The position numbers were made by a program, and so were the translations under genes. From Scyliorhinus canicula (taxonomy: Eukaryota): 64,000 nt of DNA. The notes beneath the pieces are model-generated. The model saw only the letters and a program-made list of their open reading frames with translations, did not search any database and was not told where the DNA came from. The stretch is taken from NCBI RefSeq assembly GCF_902713615.1, contig NC_052154.1, forward strand, positions 92,015,030-92,079,029. The letters are read 5' to 3'. Of the stretch, positions 12,640-26,124 are shown piece after piece (within the stretch, counting starts at the first letter, position 1; every line of letters begins with the position of its first letter).

Positions 12640-14045
12640 GAAGACCATAAGAACATAAGACATAGCAGCATAATTAGGCCCATCGGCCCATCGAGTTTGC
12701 TCCGCCATTCAATCATGGCTGATATTTTTATCATTCCCATTCTCCTCCTTTCTCCCCGTAACTCCTCATCCCCTTATTAATCAAGAACCTATTTATCTCT
12801 GTCTTAAAGACACTCAATGATTTGGTCACCACAGCCTTCTGCGGCAAAGAGTTCCACAGATTCACGAACCTCTAGCTGAAGAAATCCCCCCCTCATCTCT
12901 GTTTTAGAAGATTGTCATTTAATCTAAACTTGTACCCTCTGGTTCTAATTATTCCTGGAAGTGGAAACATCCTCACCATGTTCACTTTATGCAGGCCTTT
13001 CAGTCTCCTGCAAGTTTCAAAAAGACCACACCCCCCCCCCCCCCCTCATACATCTAAACTCCAACGAGTACAGAACCAGAGCCCTCAGAAGTTCCTCATA
13101 CGACAAACTCTCATTCCAGGGATAATTCTTGTGAACCCCCTCTGGAACCATTCCAAGGCCGCACATCCTTCCTTAGATACGGGTCCAAAACCTGCTCACA
13201 ATACTCCAAATGTGGGTTGACCAGAGCCTTATACAGCCTCAGAAGTACAACCCTCGTATTCTCGCCTCTCTACATGAATGCTAATATTGTACTTCCATTC
13301 CTGACTGCCGACTGAACCTGCACATTAAGCTTAAGAGAAATGTAAACAAGGAGTCCCAAGTCCCTTAGTCCTTCTGATTTCCTCAGCATGTACTCATTTA
13401 GAACATAGTCTGTGCCTCCATTCGTCCTTCCAAAGTGCATAACCTCACACTTTTACATATTGTATTCTATCCCACTTCTTTGCCACTCTCCGAGCCTGTC
13501 CAAGTGCTTCTGCAGCCCCACTGCTTCCTCAATACTACCTTACCCTCTGCAGATCTTTGTATCGTCTGCAGACTTAGAAACAGTTTCTTCTTGTAGATCA
13601 TTAATGTATCCTGTTAAAAGTTGTGATACCAGCACAAACCCATGGGGCACACCAATTGTCACAGGCTGCCATCCTGAAAAAGAGCCCCGTACTCCCACTC
13701 TCTGACTTCTGCCAGTCAGCCAATCCTATATCTATGCTTGGATTTTCCCCTTAACACCATGGGCTCGTAATCTATTGAACAGACTCCCGTGTGGCACCTT
13801 ATCAAAGGCTTTCTGGGAATCTACATAAATCACGTCCACTGGTTGTCCTTTGTCCAACATCATTGTTAACTCCTCAAAGAACTCTAACAGATTTGTCAGA
13901 CATGATCTCCTCTTGACGCAGCTGAGCAGAATCAGTCCAATTTTACAATGCACTTCCAAGTACTCCGCGGTCTCATATTTGATAACGGACGCTAAAATGT
14001 TACAACTGACTGAAGTCAGGCTAACCAGCCTATAATTTCCTGTTC
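12640..14045 (-). mobile_element. Decayed CR1 LINE RT/3' fragment
   Basis: SCLTNLLEFFEE...DSQKAFDKVPHG (13732-13959). cttatgttcttatg tail at 12645-12660. Confidence 0.88.
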
Positions 14046-14059
14046 AGGAAATTGAGTTC

Positions 14060-14500
14060 AGATAGTTTCCTATCATAAACCTCAAATTAAACGTCATCTA
14101 TGTCCTCTGGAATTCGGAAGAATGAGAAATGATCTCATTGAAATATTCCAAATTATTAACCTTTGACAGAGTAGGCACTGGTGTGTTTTCACTGACTGGA
14201 TATTCTAGAAAATCGGGAAACTGTCTATGGAAAGGTTAAATACTTTCGTGCTGAGGTGAGGAACAAATAACTCAAATAGCTTGAATCTTTGGAATTGTCT
14301 ACCCAGACAACTTGTGGAAGCATCATCCTGAATATTCATAAGGGTGGAATACACATTTGATCAATTAAGGAATCAAGGGAAGTGAAGACCAGGTTAGAAA
14401 CTCGATTTGAAGCCGAAGATCTGCATTCAACATACTAAATGATGAGCAGACTTGCCAGTCCTTGTGATCTTATCTGCCTCCTATTTCTTCCGATCTCATG
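14060..14500 (+). mobile_element. Old CR1 3' fragment
   Basis: Remnants gctgaggtgaggaac...ggaattgtctaccc...aggaatcaaggg of the CR1 3' region. Confidence 0.5.
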
Positions 14501-15099
14501 TTCTACATGTTGAAGTTTTTCATTATAGACCTTGATTGTTTTATTTCTCATTGCAGTTCATAGAATGGAAAATTGACAGCGCAGTATATTGCAATTATGT
14601 TGCGATATTCCGTTGTTGCGGAATTTCTTCCCTCACAGCATTGGAGGAAGTTCAGGAACTGCAGATGTTCAAGACATCCGCTCACTACCCCATTCTCAAT
14701 GTCTCCTAGCGATTGACAATGAATGTGGATCTAACCAGAGACGCCCACCTCACATCAATATACATTCTCCCAGTGCGTACCTCAATGAGAACAATAAATA
14801 ACGGGGTATGTGTAGCTCATCATTGTGTATGGTAACAACCAGAATGCAGCCCGCATCAAGATAGGTTTTGCATCTAAAAGAGCTCTTCAATATGATGGCT
14901 ACGACGGGCATAGTTTGGGATCCGTGAAAGTGGCTTACAATCACAGAGATAATCCTAGATTTTGGGACGACGTTCTCATGTCATTGTATATAGATGTATG
15001 TTTTCTGTTCTCATCTCTTTGTAAGCAACAGCCCTTTCTAATTTTTGGTGCCTTTGCCAAACGTCCCCCTGCACTATTGAATGGACTGTTATACTAATC

Positions 15100-15905
15100 A
15101 AAATCTATCTCCTGGGGGTTGTAACTAAAAAGAAACTGAACTGGATTGACGACGTAAGTACAGCCAGGAGAATATGGCAAAGGCTAGGAATCCTGGAGCG
15201 CATAAGTCAAGTCCTGACTACCTAAGACCTGAACACCATCTGCAAAGTACAACTCAGGTGTGAGATAGTATATACTCGACTTTCCTGCGTGATTGCAGCG
15301 GCTGGTTTAGCACACTGGGCTAAATCGCTGGCTTTTAAAACTGACCAAGGCAAGCCATAAGCACGGTTCAATTCCTCTTCCAGCCTCCCCGAACAGGCGC
15401 CGGAATGTGTCGACTAATAACCAATAAGCATTTTTCATTTAATTTCACCAAAAGCCAACAAGTTTGAATCAATACAGAAAAAAGGCATGTTGGCTTAACT
15501 GCTAGCCCTTCCATAAAAAGTTAATTACAGATCATAAAATCTCAGTTGTGTATAACATTTGCAAGATATATTGCTGAAACTCTCCAATGTTTTTCGACCT
15601 TCCATTCCACGAAAAGCGCAACTGTATAGAAAGACAAGGGCTGCAGGTACTTGGGAATACAACACTCTGGAGCTGCCCCTCCAAGTTGCCTCCCATCCTG
15701 GATTGTGCTTTATTTCCGTTCCTTCCCTGGCGTTGGGCCAATATCATGGAATTTCCTTGCTAACAACACTCTGGATAACCCCATATCTTACGACTGCGGC
15801 GTTTCAAGAAGTCATCTCATCAGTACCATCTCAAGGGCAAAGAGGGATGGACAATAAAGGCTGGCCTAGCCAGCAATGCCCACATCCCCTAAATTGATAA
15901 AAGAA
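15100..15905 (+). mobile_element. Decayed LINE 3' end (CR1/L2 group, different family) with a SINE inserted at ~15298-15440
   Basis: Remnant of LGV...LNW..HI......RLGIL.R...L...L.TI.K.Q.R. The tail ttcaagaag...tctcaagggca..agggatgg.caataaa.gctggcctagccagc is typical of this LINE family. Confidence 0.6.
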
Positions 15906-15914
15906 AAGCCCTCA

Positions 15915-16080
15915 GCTAACACAACATAAATAGATCATCTTGTTTCCAATAGCAATGTTGATTATGTGACCTTTCTGAGAACACATTGGCTGAATGGTGT
16001 CAGCAGTGACCCGACTTCAAAAATATTCCATTCGCTGTAAATAGCTATTGGTGCATACTGTGACCCCGTACACACATGTG
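15915..16080 (+). repeat. Possible ancient DeuSINE (SacSINE1/AmnSINE1-like) remnant
   Basis: Loose match from memory to cattggctg...cagtgac...cttcaaaa..ta.t.catt.gctgtaaa. Needs an HMM search to confirm. Confidence 0.3.
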
Positions 16081-16199
16081 TAAATGATTGTTGCCCTTGC
16101 TTTCTGGAGCATGATTACTGAAACAGAATGTTCCATTCATTGTATGTTTCGCTCACATTACTGGCTAATAAGTATTCGACAGGTCAGCAATAATTCTTC

Positions 16200-16445
16200 A
16201 ATAACATTTGGTTGCCTGCAAAGCGTCAGACAGTCGAGTATACACAGACTTTCTGAAAGAGCACACTACCAATGCCAACTGCCCCGCCGGATCCCGGGCA
16301 TCTATGGGCTGTGCGAAGAAATCCGAGAATCAACAGGAAACCCACGCAAACACCTTGAGAAATTTCCAACTTCACATAGTCATCCAAGGCCGAAATTGAA
16401 CTGGGGTCCCTGGTGCTTTGAGGCAATAGTGCTTACCGCTGCAGA
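16200..16445 (-). mobile_element. Decayed V-SINE
   Basis: Reverse-complement head and core remnants (ggaaacccacgcaaacac...ggtccctggtgctttgaggcaatagtgct). Confidence 0.6.
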
Positions 16446-16631
16446 CCCTCTCGCCCGCAATACACACATTGGCATTGCCATTTTCTGCATGGAAGCAGAA
16501 ATATTTTCCTACTCTGTTGACATTCAGTTTTCATAAAACATTGAAATTTTAACTTCAAATCCAAGATATCAAAGATCGACAAATATAATTAGGGCCATGC
16601 AGTTTTTCGAACCAAAGTATTTTTTTGCACT

Positions 16632-18770
16632 GGAGTGCTGAGCTTGTGGCATTTGAGTGCTACAGTGAGAGTTTGGTGACTGAGGGAGTATAAGGGTTCA
16701 TTTTAAAAAAAAATTTAAAGTCTAGTATTTCTTTATTTAGTTAATTAACTTAAAAGTTGCTGTTTGGTCTATAAGAAGGTGAATTTTGAATCAGCTTTAA
16801 ATAAGATTCTACTTGTACTTACTTGCAGCTGAAGCTTGTTAATTAGTTAATTGCATTAGGCCAGTTTTCAGAGGCTAGGGTCACAGCATAAATTGGAGAT
16901 AGTTACAGTGCTGACTTTGTTTGCCCTGGAGTGCTGAACTTGTGGCATTTGAGTGCTACAGTGAGGGCTTGGTGACTGAGGGAGTATAAGGGTTCATTTT
17001 TTATTTAAAGTCTAGTATTTCTTTTATTTAGTTAATTAACTTAAAAGTTGCTGTTTGGTCTATAAGAAGGTGAATTTTGAATCAGTGATAAACAAGGTTC
17101 TATTTGTACTTACTTACAGCTGGAGCTTGTTAATTAGTTAATTGCATTAGGCCAGTTTTCAGAAGCTAGAATCACAGTATAAATAGGAGCTAGTTACAGT
17201 GCAGATTTTGTTTGCATTGGACTGCTGAGCTTGTGGCATTTGAGTGCTGCAGTGAGAGTTTGGTGACTGAGGGAGTGCTGAGCTTGTGGCATTTGAGTGA
17301 CACAGTGAGAGTTTGGTGACTGAGGGAGTACTGAGCTTGTGGCATTTGAGTGCTACAGTGAGCGTTTGGTGACTGAGGGAGTATAAGGGTTCATTTAAAA
17401 AAAAAATTAAAGTCTAGTATTTCTTTTATTTAGTTAATTAACTTAAAAGTTGCTGTTTGGTCTATAAGAAGGTGAATTTTGAATCAGCGTTCAACAAGGT
17501 TCTATTTGTACTTACTTGCAGCTGGAGCTTGTTAATTAGTTAATTGCATTAGGCCAGTTTTCAGAGGCTAGGGTCACAGCATAAATTGGAACTAGTTACA
17601 GTGCAGACTTTGTTTGCCCTGGAGTGCTGAGCTTGTGGCATTTGAGTGCTACAGTGAGAGCTTGGTGACTGAGGGAGTATAACGGTTCATTTTTTATTTA
17701 AAATCTAGTATTTCTTTTATTTAGTTAATTAACTTAAAAGTTGCTGTTTGGTCTATAAGAAGGTGAATTTTGAATCAGCTTTAAACAAGGTTCTATTTGT
17801 ACTTACTTGCAGCTGGAGCTTGTTAATTAGTTAATTGCATTAGGCCAGTTTTCAGAGGCTAGGGTCACAGCATAAATAGGAGCTAGTTACAGTGCAGACT
17901 TTGTTTGCATTGGACTGCTGAGCTCGTGGCATTTGAGTGCTGCAGTGAGAGTTTGGTGACTGAGGGAGTGCTGAGCTTGTGGCATTTGAGTGCCACAGTG
18001 AGAGTTTGGTGACTGAGGGAGTACTGAGCTTGTGGCATTTGAGTGCTACAGTGAGAGTTTGGTGACTGAGGGAGTATAAGGGTTCATTTTTTAAAAAAAA
18101 ATTAAAGTCTAGTATTTCTTTTATTTAGTTAATTAACTTAAAAGTTGCTGTTTGGTCTATAAGAAGGTGAATTTTGAATCAGCGTTAAACAGGGTTCTAT
18201 TTGTACTTACTTGCAGCTGGAGCTTGTTAATTAGTTAATTGCATTAGGCCAGTTTTCAGAGGCTAGGGTCACAGCATAAATTGGAACTAGTTACAGTGCA
18301 GACTTTGTTTGCCCTGGAGTGCTGAGCTTGTGGCATTTGAGTGCTACAGTGAGAGCTTGGTGACTGAGGGAGTATAAGGGTTCATTTTTTATTTAAAATC
18401 TAGTATTTCTTTTATTTAGTTAATTAACTTAAATTTGCTGTTTGGTCTATAAGAAGGTGAATTTTGAATCAGCTTTAAACAAGGTTCTATTTGTACTTAC
18501 GTGCAGCTGGAGCTTGTTAATTAGTTAATTGCATTAGGCCAGTTATCAGAGGCTAGGGTCGCAGCATAAATAGGAGCTAGTTACAGTGCAGACTTTGTTT
18601 GCATTGGAGTGCTGAGCTTGTGGCATTTGAGTGCTACAGTGAGAGTTTGGTGACTGAGGGAGTGCTGAGCTGGTGGCATTTGAGTGCTACAGTGAGAGTT
18701 TGGTGACTGAGGGAGTACTGAGCTTATGTCATTTGAGTGCTACAGTGAGAGTTGGTGACTGAGTGAGTTA
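16632..18770 (+). repeat. Higher-order tandem repeat forming the 5' region of a CR1 element
   Basis: Seven ~290-300-bp monomers. A 53-bp subunit (gagtgctgagcttgtggcatttgagtgctacagtgagagtttggtgactgagg) is present once or three times in alternating monomers. Confidence 0.9.
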
Positions 18771-20582
18771 GGTGAGGAGGGAGTAAGGTGCTCCTTACAT
18801 TTCATTTCTTATATTTATCAAAGAGTGTGAATGGAGCCAGGAGTTTAGAGTACAGCTGACTGGAAGCAGAGACGGAGGGTGGAGGTCCAGTTGTCCACGG
18901 GGCAGCGAATTCTGTAAAGTAAGAGGGGATGGAGGCTTGGGCAGTTGCATGCTCCTCCTGTAGGATGTGGGTGGTGAGGGACACCACTGGTGTCCCCACT
19001 GACTATACCTGCGGGAAGTGCACCCAACTCCAGCTCCTCAGAGGCCGTGTTAAGGTACTGGAGCTGGAGCTGGATGAACTTCGGATCCTCCGGGAGGCAG
19101 AGGGGGTTATCGAGAAGAGTTACAGGGAGGTAGCCACACCAAAGGTACTGTACAAGACTAGCTGGGTTACAGTCAGGGGAAAGAAAACTAACAGGCAGAC
19201 AGTGCAGGGATCCCTCGTGGCCGTACCACTTCAAAGCAAGTGTACCGTTTTGGATGCTGTTGGGGGGTGACCTACCGGGGGAAGGCCCCAGCGGCCAGGT
19301 CTCTGGCACTGAGTCTGGCTCTGGGGCTCAGAAGGGAAGGGGGGAGCATAGAAAAGCAATAGTAATAGGAGATTCAATGGTTAGGGGAATAGATAGGAGA
19401 TTCTGTGGTCGCGAGTGAGACTCCCGAAAGGTATGTTGCCTCCCGGGTGCCAGGGCCAGGGATGTCTCGGATCGTGTCTTCAGGATCCTGAAGGGGGAGG
19501 GTGAGCAGCCAGAAGTCGTGGTGCACATTCGTACCAACAACGTAGGTAGGAAAAAGGGTGTGGAGGTAATAAACAAGTTTAGGGAGTTAGGCTGGAAGTT
19601 AAATGCCAGGACAGACAGAGTCGTCATCTCTGGTTTGTTGCCGGTGCCACGTGATAGCGAGGCTAGGAATAGGGAGAGAGTGCAGTTGAACACGTGGCTG
19701 TAGGAATGGTGTAGGAGGGAGGGCTTCAGGTATTTGGATAATTGGAGCGCATTCTGGGGAAGGTGGGACCTGTACAAGCAGGACGGGTTGCATCTGAACC
19801 AGAGAGGCACCAATATCCTGGGGTGGGGGGGGGGGGGGGTGGTGGGAGGGGAGGTTTTCTAGTACTCTTCGGGAGGGTTTAAACTAATTTGGCAGGGGAA
19901 TGAGAACCGGATCTCTAGTCCAGCAACTAAGGAAGCCGATAGTCAGGACGCCAAAGCACGTAGTGATGCAGTGGGGAAGGTAACACTGACAAAGGAGAGT
20001 ACTTGCAGGCAAGGAGATGGTTTGAAGTGTGTATACTTTAATGCAAGAAGCATCAGGAATAAGGTGGGTGAACTTAAGGCATGGATCGGTACTTGGGACT
20101 ACGATGTGGTGGCCATCACGGAAACTTGGATAGAAGAGGGGCAGAAATGGTTGTTGGAGGTCCCTGGTTATAGATGTTTCAACAAGATTAGGGAGGATGG
20201 TAAAAGAGCTGGGTGGGGGTGGGGGGGGGGGCGGGTGGCATTGCTAATTAGAGATAGTATAACAGCTGCAGAAAGGCCGTTCGAGGAGAATCTGCCTACT
20301 GAGGTAATATGGGTTGAAGTCAGAAATAGGAAAGGAGCAGTCACCTTGTTGGGAGTTTTCTATAGGCCCCCCAATAGCAGCAGAGATGTGGAGGAACAGG
20401 TTGGGAAACAGATTTTGTAAAGGTGCAGAAGTCACACGGTAGTAGTCATGGGTGACTTCAACTTCCCAAACATTGAGTGGAAACTCTTTAGATCAAATAG
20501 TTTGGATGGGGTAATGTTTGTGCAGTGTGTCCAGGAAGCTTTTCTAACACAGTATGTAAACTGTCCGACCAGAGGGGAGGCC

Positions 20583-23500
20583 ATAGAACATAGAACATAG
20601 AACACTACAGCGCAGTACGGGCCCTTCGGCCCTCGATGTTGCGCCGACCTGTGAAACCATCTGAAGCCTATCTGACCTACACTATTCCATTTTCATCCAT
20701 ATGTCTATCCAGTGACCACTTAAATGCCCTTAAATTTGGCGAGTCTACTACTGTTGCAGGCAGGGCGTTCCACACCCCTACTACTCTCTGAGTAAAGAAA
20801 CTGCCTCTGATATCTGTCCTATATCTATCACCCCTCAATTTAAAGCTATGTCCCCTCGTGTTGGTCATCACCACCCGAGGAAAAAGACTCTCACTGTCCA
20901 CCCTATCTAACCCTCTGACTATCTTATATGTCTCTATTAAGTCACCGCTCAGCCTTCTCCTCTCTAACGAAAACAACCTCAATTCCCTGAGCATTTCCTC
21001 GTAAGACCTTCCCTCCATACCAGGCAACATCCTAGTAAATCTCCTCTGAACCCTTTCCAAAGCTTCCACATCCTTCCTATAATGTGGTGATCAGAACTGC
21101 ACGCAGTACCCCAGGTGCGGCCGCACCAGAGTTATGTACAGCTGCAGCATGACCTTGTGGTTCCGAAACTCAATCCCCCTGCTTATAAAGGCTAGCACAC
21201 CATATGCCTTCTTAACAGGCCTATTAACCTGGGTGGCAACTTTCAGGGATTTATGTACCTGGATGCCGAGATCTCTCTGTTCATCTACACTACCAAGAAT
21301 CTTGCCATTCGCCCAGTACTCTGCATTCCTGTTACTCCATCCAAAGTGAACCACCTCACACTTTTCTGCATTAAACTCCATCTGCCACCTCTCAGCCCAG
21401 CTCTGCAGCTTATCTATGTCCCTCTGTATCCTACAACATCCTTCAGCACTATCCACAACTCCACCAACCTTCGTGTCATCTGCAAATTTACTAACCCATC
21501 CTTCTACACCCTCTTCCAGGTCATTTATAAAAATGACAAACAGCAGTGGCCCCAAAACAGATCCTTGCGGTACACCACTAGTAACTGAACTTCCAGGATG
21601 AACATTTGCCATCAACCACCACCCTCTGTCTTCTTTCAGCTAGCCAATTACTGATCCAAACCGCCAAATCACCTTCAATTCCATACTTCCTTATTTTCTG
21701 CAATAGCCTACCGTGGGGAACCTTATCAAACGCCTTACTGAAATCCATATACACCACATCAACAGCTTTACCCTGATCCACCTGTTTGGTCACCTTCTCA
21801 AAAAACTCAATAAGGTTTGTGAGGCATGACCGACCCTTCACAAAACCGTGTTGACTATCGCTAATCAACTTGTTATTTTCAAGATGATTATAAACCCTAT
21901 CTCTTATAACCTTTTCCAACATTTTACCCACAACCGAAGTAAGGCTCACAGGTCTATAATTACCAGGGTTGTCTCTACTCCCCTTCTTGAACAAGGGGAC
22001 AACATTTGCTATCCTCCAGTCTTCCGGCACTATTCCTGTCGACAAAGACGACATAAAGATCAAGGACAAAGGCTCTGCAATCTCCTCCCTGGCTTCCCAG
22101 AGAATCCTAGGATAAATCCCATCTGGCCCAGGGGACTTATCTATTTTGACATTTTCCAAAATTGCTAACACCTCCTCCTTTTGAACCTCAATTCCATCTA
22201 GCCTGGACGACTGAACCTGAGTGTTCTCCTCGACAACATTGTATTTCTCCAGTGTAAACACCGAAAAATATCCATTTAACACTTCCCCTATCTCCTCTGA
22301 TTCCACACACAACTTTCCACTACTATCCTTGATTGGCCCTAATCTTACTCGAGTCATTCTTTTGTTCCTGATATACCTATAGAAAGCCTTAGGGTTTTCC
22401 TTGATCCTATCCGCCAACGACTTTTCGTGTCCTCTCCTCGCTCTTCTTAACTCTCCCTTTAGGTCCTTCCTGGCTAACTTGTAACTCTCAAGTGCCCTAA
22501 CTGAGCCTTCATGTCTCATCCTAACATAAGCCTTCTTCTTCCTCTTGACAAGTGCTTCAACTTCCTTAGTAAACCACGGTTCCCTTGCTCGACAACTTCC
22601 TCCCTGCCTGACAGGTACATACTTATCAAGGACTCACAGTAGCTGTTCCTTGAAAAAGCTCCACATTTCGATTGTACCCATCCCCTGCAGTTTCCTTCCC
22701 CATCCTATACATCCTAAATCTTGCCGAATAGCATCATAATTGCCTTTCCCCCAGCTATGATTCTTGCCTTGCGGTATATACCTATCCCTGCCCATTGCTA
22801 AAGTAAAAATAACCGAGTTGTGATCACTATCACCAAAGTGCTCACCTACATCTAAATCTAACACCTGCCCTGGTTCATTACCCAGTACCAAATCCAATGT
22901 GGCCTCGCCCCTTGTTGGCCTGTCTACATACTGTGTCAGAAAACCCTCCTGCACACACTGCACAAAAACTGACCCATCTATAGTACTCGAACTATAGTAT
23001 TTCCAGTCCATATTTGGAAAGTTAAAGTCCCCCATAACAACTACCCTGTTACTCCCGCTCCTGTCGAGAATCATCTTTGCAATCCTTTCCTCTACATCTC
23101 TGGAACTATTCGGAGGTCTATAGACAACTCCCAACAGGGTGACCTCTCCTCTACTGTTCCTAACCTCGGCCCGTACTACCTCAGTAGATGAGTCCTCTAG
23201 CGTCCTTTCTACTGCCGTAATACTTTCCTTGATTAACAATGCCACACCCCCCTCCCCCCCCTCTTTTACCATCTTCTCTGTTTTTACAGAAACATCTAAA
23301 TCCTGGAATCTGCAACAACCATTCCTGTCCCTGCTCTACCCATGTCTCCGAAATCACCACAACATCGAGATCCCAGGTACCAACCCATGCTGCAAGCTCA
23401 CCCACCTTATTCCGGATGCTCCTGGCGTTGAAGTAGACACACTTCAAACCAGCGTCCTGCTTGCCGGTGCCCTCTTTCGAACTTTTAACCCTATCCCTGA

Positions 23501-23674
23501 CCTCACTACTCTCAACATCCTGTACACTGGGACTACAATTTAGGTTCCCATCCCCCTGCTGAATTAGTTTAAACCCCCCCGAAGAGCACTAGCAAATCTC
23601 CTCCCCCAGGATATTGGTACCCCTCTGGTTCAGGTGAAGACCATCCTGTTTGTAGAGGTCCCACCTACCCCAGA
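20583..23674 (-). mobile_element. CR1 LINE (end of ORF1 plus whole broken ORF2) inserted antisense into the CR1 above
   Basis: (ctatgtt)n tail at 20583-20605, RT ORFs 20677-22519, EN 22634-23447. Short ccat duplication at the ends. Confidence 0.93.
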
Positions 23675-25084
23675 ATGAGCCCCATGTTAGATTTAGTACT
23701 TGTTAATGAACCAGGGCAGGTGATAGATTTGTTAGTGGGGGAGCATTTTGGAGGAAGTGACCACAATTCTGTGACTTTCACATTAGTTATGGAGAGGGAT
23801 GGTGCGTGCAACAGGGCAAGGTTTATAATTGGGGGAAGGGTAAATACAATGTTGTCAGACAAGAATTGAAGTGCAGAAGTTGCGAACATAGGCTGTCAGG
23901 GAAGGACACAAGTGAAATGTGGACCTTGTTCAAGGAACAGGTACTGCGTGTTTTTGATATGTATGTACCTGTCAGGCAGGGAAGAGATGGTCGAGTGAGG
24001 GAACTATGGTTGACAAGAGAGGTTGAATGTCTTCTTAAGAGGAAGAAGGAGACTTATGTAAGGCTGAAGAAACATGGTTCAGACAGGGCGCTGGAGGGAT
24101 ACAAGATAGCCAGGAGGGAACTGAAGTAAGGGATTAAGAGAGGGCATGAAAAATCTTTGGCAGGTAGGATCAAGGAAAACCCCAAGGCCTTTTACACATA
24201 TGTGAGAAATATGAGAATGACTAGAGTGAGGGTAGGTCCGATCAAGGACATTAGCGGGAGATTGTGTATTGAGTCTGAAGAGATAGGAGAGGTCTTGAAC
24301 AAGTATTTTTCTTCCGTATTTACAAACGAGAGGGGCTATATTGTTGGAGAGGACAGCGTGAAGCAGACTGATAAGCTCGAGGAGATACTTGTCAGGAAGG
24401 AAGATGTGTTGCGCATTTTGAAAAACTTGAGGATAGACAAGTCCCCCGTGCCTGACGGGATATATCCAAGGATTCTATGGGAAGCAAGAAATGAAATTGC
24501 AGAGCCGTTGGCAATGATCTTTTCGTCCTCGCTGTCAACAGGGGTGGTACCAGAGGATTGGAGAGTGGCGAATGTCGTGCCCCTGTTCAAAAAAGGGAAT
24601 AGGGATAACCCTGAGAATTACAGGCCAGTTAGTCTTACTTCGGTGGTAGGCAAAGTAATGGAAAGGGTACTGAGGGATAGGATTTCTGAGCATCTGGAAA
24701 GGCACTGCTTGATTAGGGATAGTCAGCACGGATTTGTGAGGGGTAGGTCTTGCTTTACAAGTCTTATTAACTTCTTTGAGGAGTTGACCAAGCATGTGGA
24801 TGAAGGTAAAGCAGTGGATGTAGTGTACATGGATTTTAGTAAGGCATTGTAGGCTTGTGCAGAAAGTAAGGAGGCATGGGATAGTGGGAACTTTGGCCAG
24901 TTGGATAACGAACTGGCTAACCGATAGAAGACAGAGAGTGGTGGTGGATGGCAAATATTCAGCCTGGAGACCAGTTATCAGTACCGTACCGCAGGGATCA
25001 GTTCTGGGTCCTCTGCTGTTTGTGATTTTCATTAACGACTTGGATGAGGGAGTTGAAGTGTGGGTCAGTAAATTTGCAGATGAT

Positions 25085-25286
25085 GGGGCAGCACGGTAGC
25101 ATGGTGGTTAGCATAAATGCTTCACAGCTCCAGGGTCCCAGGTTCAGTTCCCGGCTGGGTCACTGTCTGTGCGGAGTCTGCACGTCGTCCCCGTGTGTGC
25201 GTGGGTTTCCTCCGGGTGCTCCGGTTTCCTCCCACAGTCCAAAGATGTGCGGGTTAGGTGGATTGGCCATGTTAAATTGCCCGTAG
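25085..25286 (+). mobile_element. 3'-truncated V-SINE inserted in CR1 RT at the FADD motif
   Basis: Identical head and core to 6268 and 29121. Host CR1 resumes at QSWAEKW with loss of host sequence. Confidence 0.9.
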
Positions 25287-26033
25287 AATGCAGAGCTGGG
25301 CTGAGAAGTGGCAGATGGAGTTTAACCCTGACAAGTGTGAGGTTGTCCATTTTGGAAGGACAAATATGAATGCGGAATACAGGGTTAACGGTAGGGTTCG
25401 TGGCAATGTGGAGGAGCAGAGAGATCTTGGGGTCTATGTTCATAGATCTTTTAAAGTTGCCACTCAAGTGGATAGAGCTGTGAAGAAGGCCAATGGTTTG
25501 CTAGCGTTCATTAGCAGAGGGATTGAATTTAAGAGCCGTGAGGTAATGATGCAGCTGTACAAAACCTTGGTCAGGCCACATTTGGAGTACTGTGTGCATT
25601 TCTGGTCGCCTCATTTTAGGAAGGATGTGGAAGCTTTGGAAAAAGTGCAAAGGAGATTTACCAGGATGTTGCCTGGAATGGAGAGTAGGTCATACAACGA
25701 AATGTTGAGGGTGCTAGGCCTTTTCTCATTAGAACGGAGATGGATGAGGGGGGACTTGATAAAGGTTTATAAGATGATTAGGGGAATAGAGTAGACAGTC
25801 AGAGACTTTTTCCCCGGTGGAACACACCATTACAAGGGGACATAAATTTAAGATAAATGGTGGAAGATATAGAGGGGATGTCAGAGGTAGGTTCTTTACC
25901 CTAGAGAGTAGTGGGGGCATGGAATGCACTGCCTGTGGAAGTAGTTGAGTCGGAAACGTTAGGGACCTTCAAGCGGCTGTTGGATAGGTACATGGATTAG
26001 GGTAGAATAATGAAGTGTAGGTTAACTTCTTAA

Positions 26034-26124
26034 GGGCAGCACCGTAGCATTGTGGATAGCACAATTGCTTCACAGCTCCAGGGTCCCAAGTTCGATTTTG
26101 ACGTGGGTCACTGTCTGTGTGGAG
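26034..26124 (+). mobile_element. V-SINE head only
   Basis: gggcagcaccgtagcattgtggatagcac...gggtcactgtctgtgtggag, then an abrupt switch. Confidence 0.8.

Larger units (their letters stand above)
16600..26033 (+). mobile_element. Near full-length CR1 LINE (5' repeats, ORF1 Zn-finger plus esterase, ORF2 EN-RT), disrupted by nested CR1 and SINE
   Basis: ORF1 CSSC...CGKC (18929) and IVIGDS...VVHIRTN...DGLHL esterase motifs. ORF2 EN CVYFNARS...VFYRPP...GDFN. EN continues after the insertion (PTRGEAI|LDLVL at 23686). RT spans 24157-25800. Confidence 0.92.

Noticed and set aside
14521-15080. Non-repetitive stretch with several splice-like sites and short ORFs
   Set aside because: No recognisable protein motif or phase-consistent exon chain in any frame.
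17220-17380. 53-bp direct repeats resembling a CRISPR array
   Set aside because: The repeats are contiguous with no unique spacers, there are no cas genes, and the context is a vertebrate LINE 5' region.
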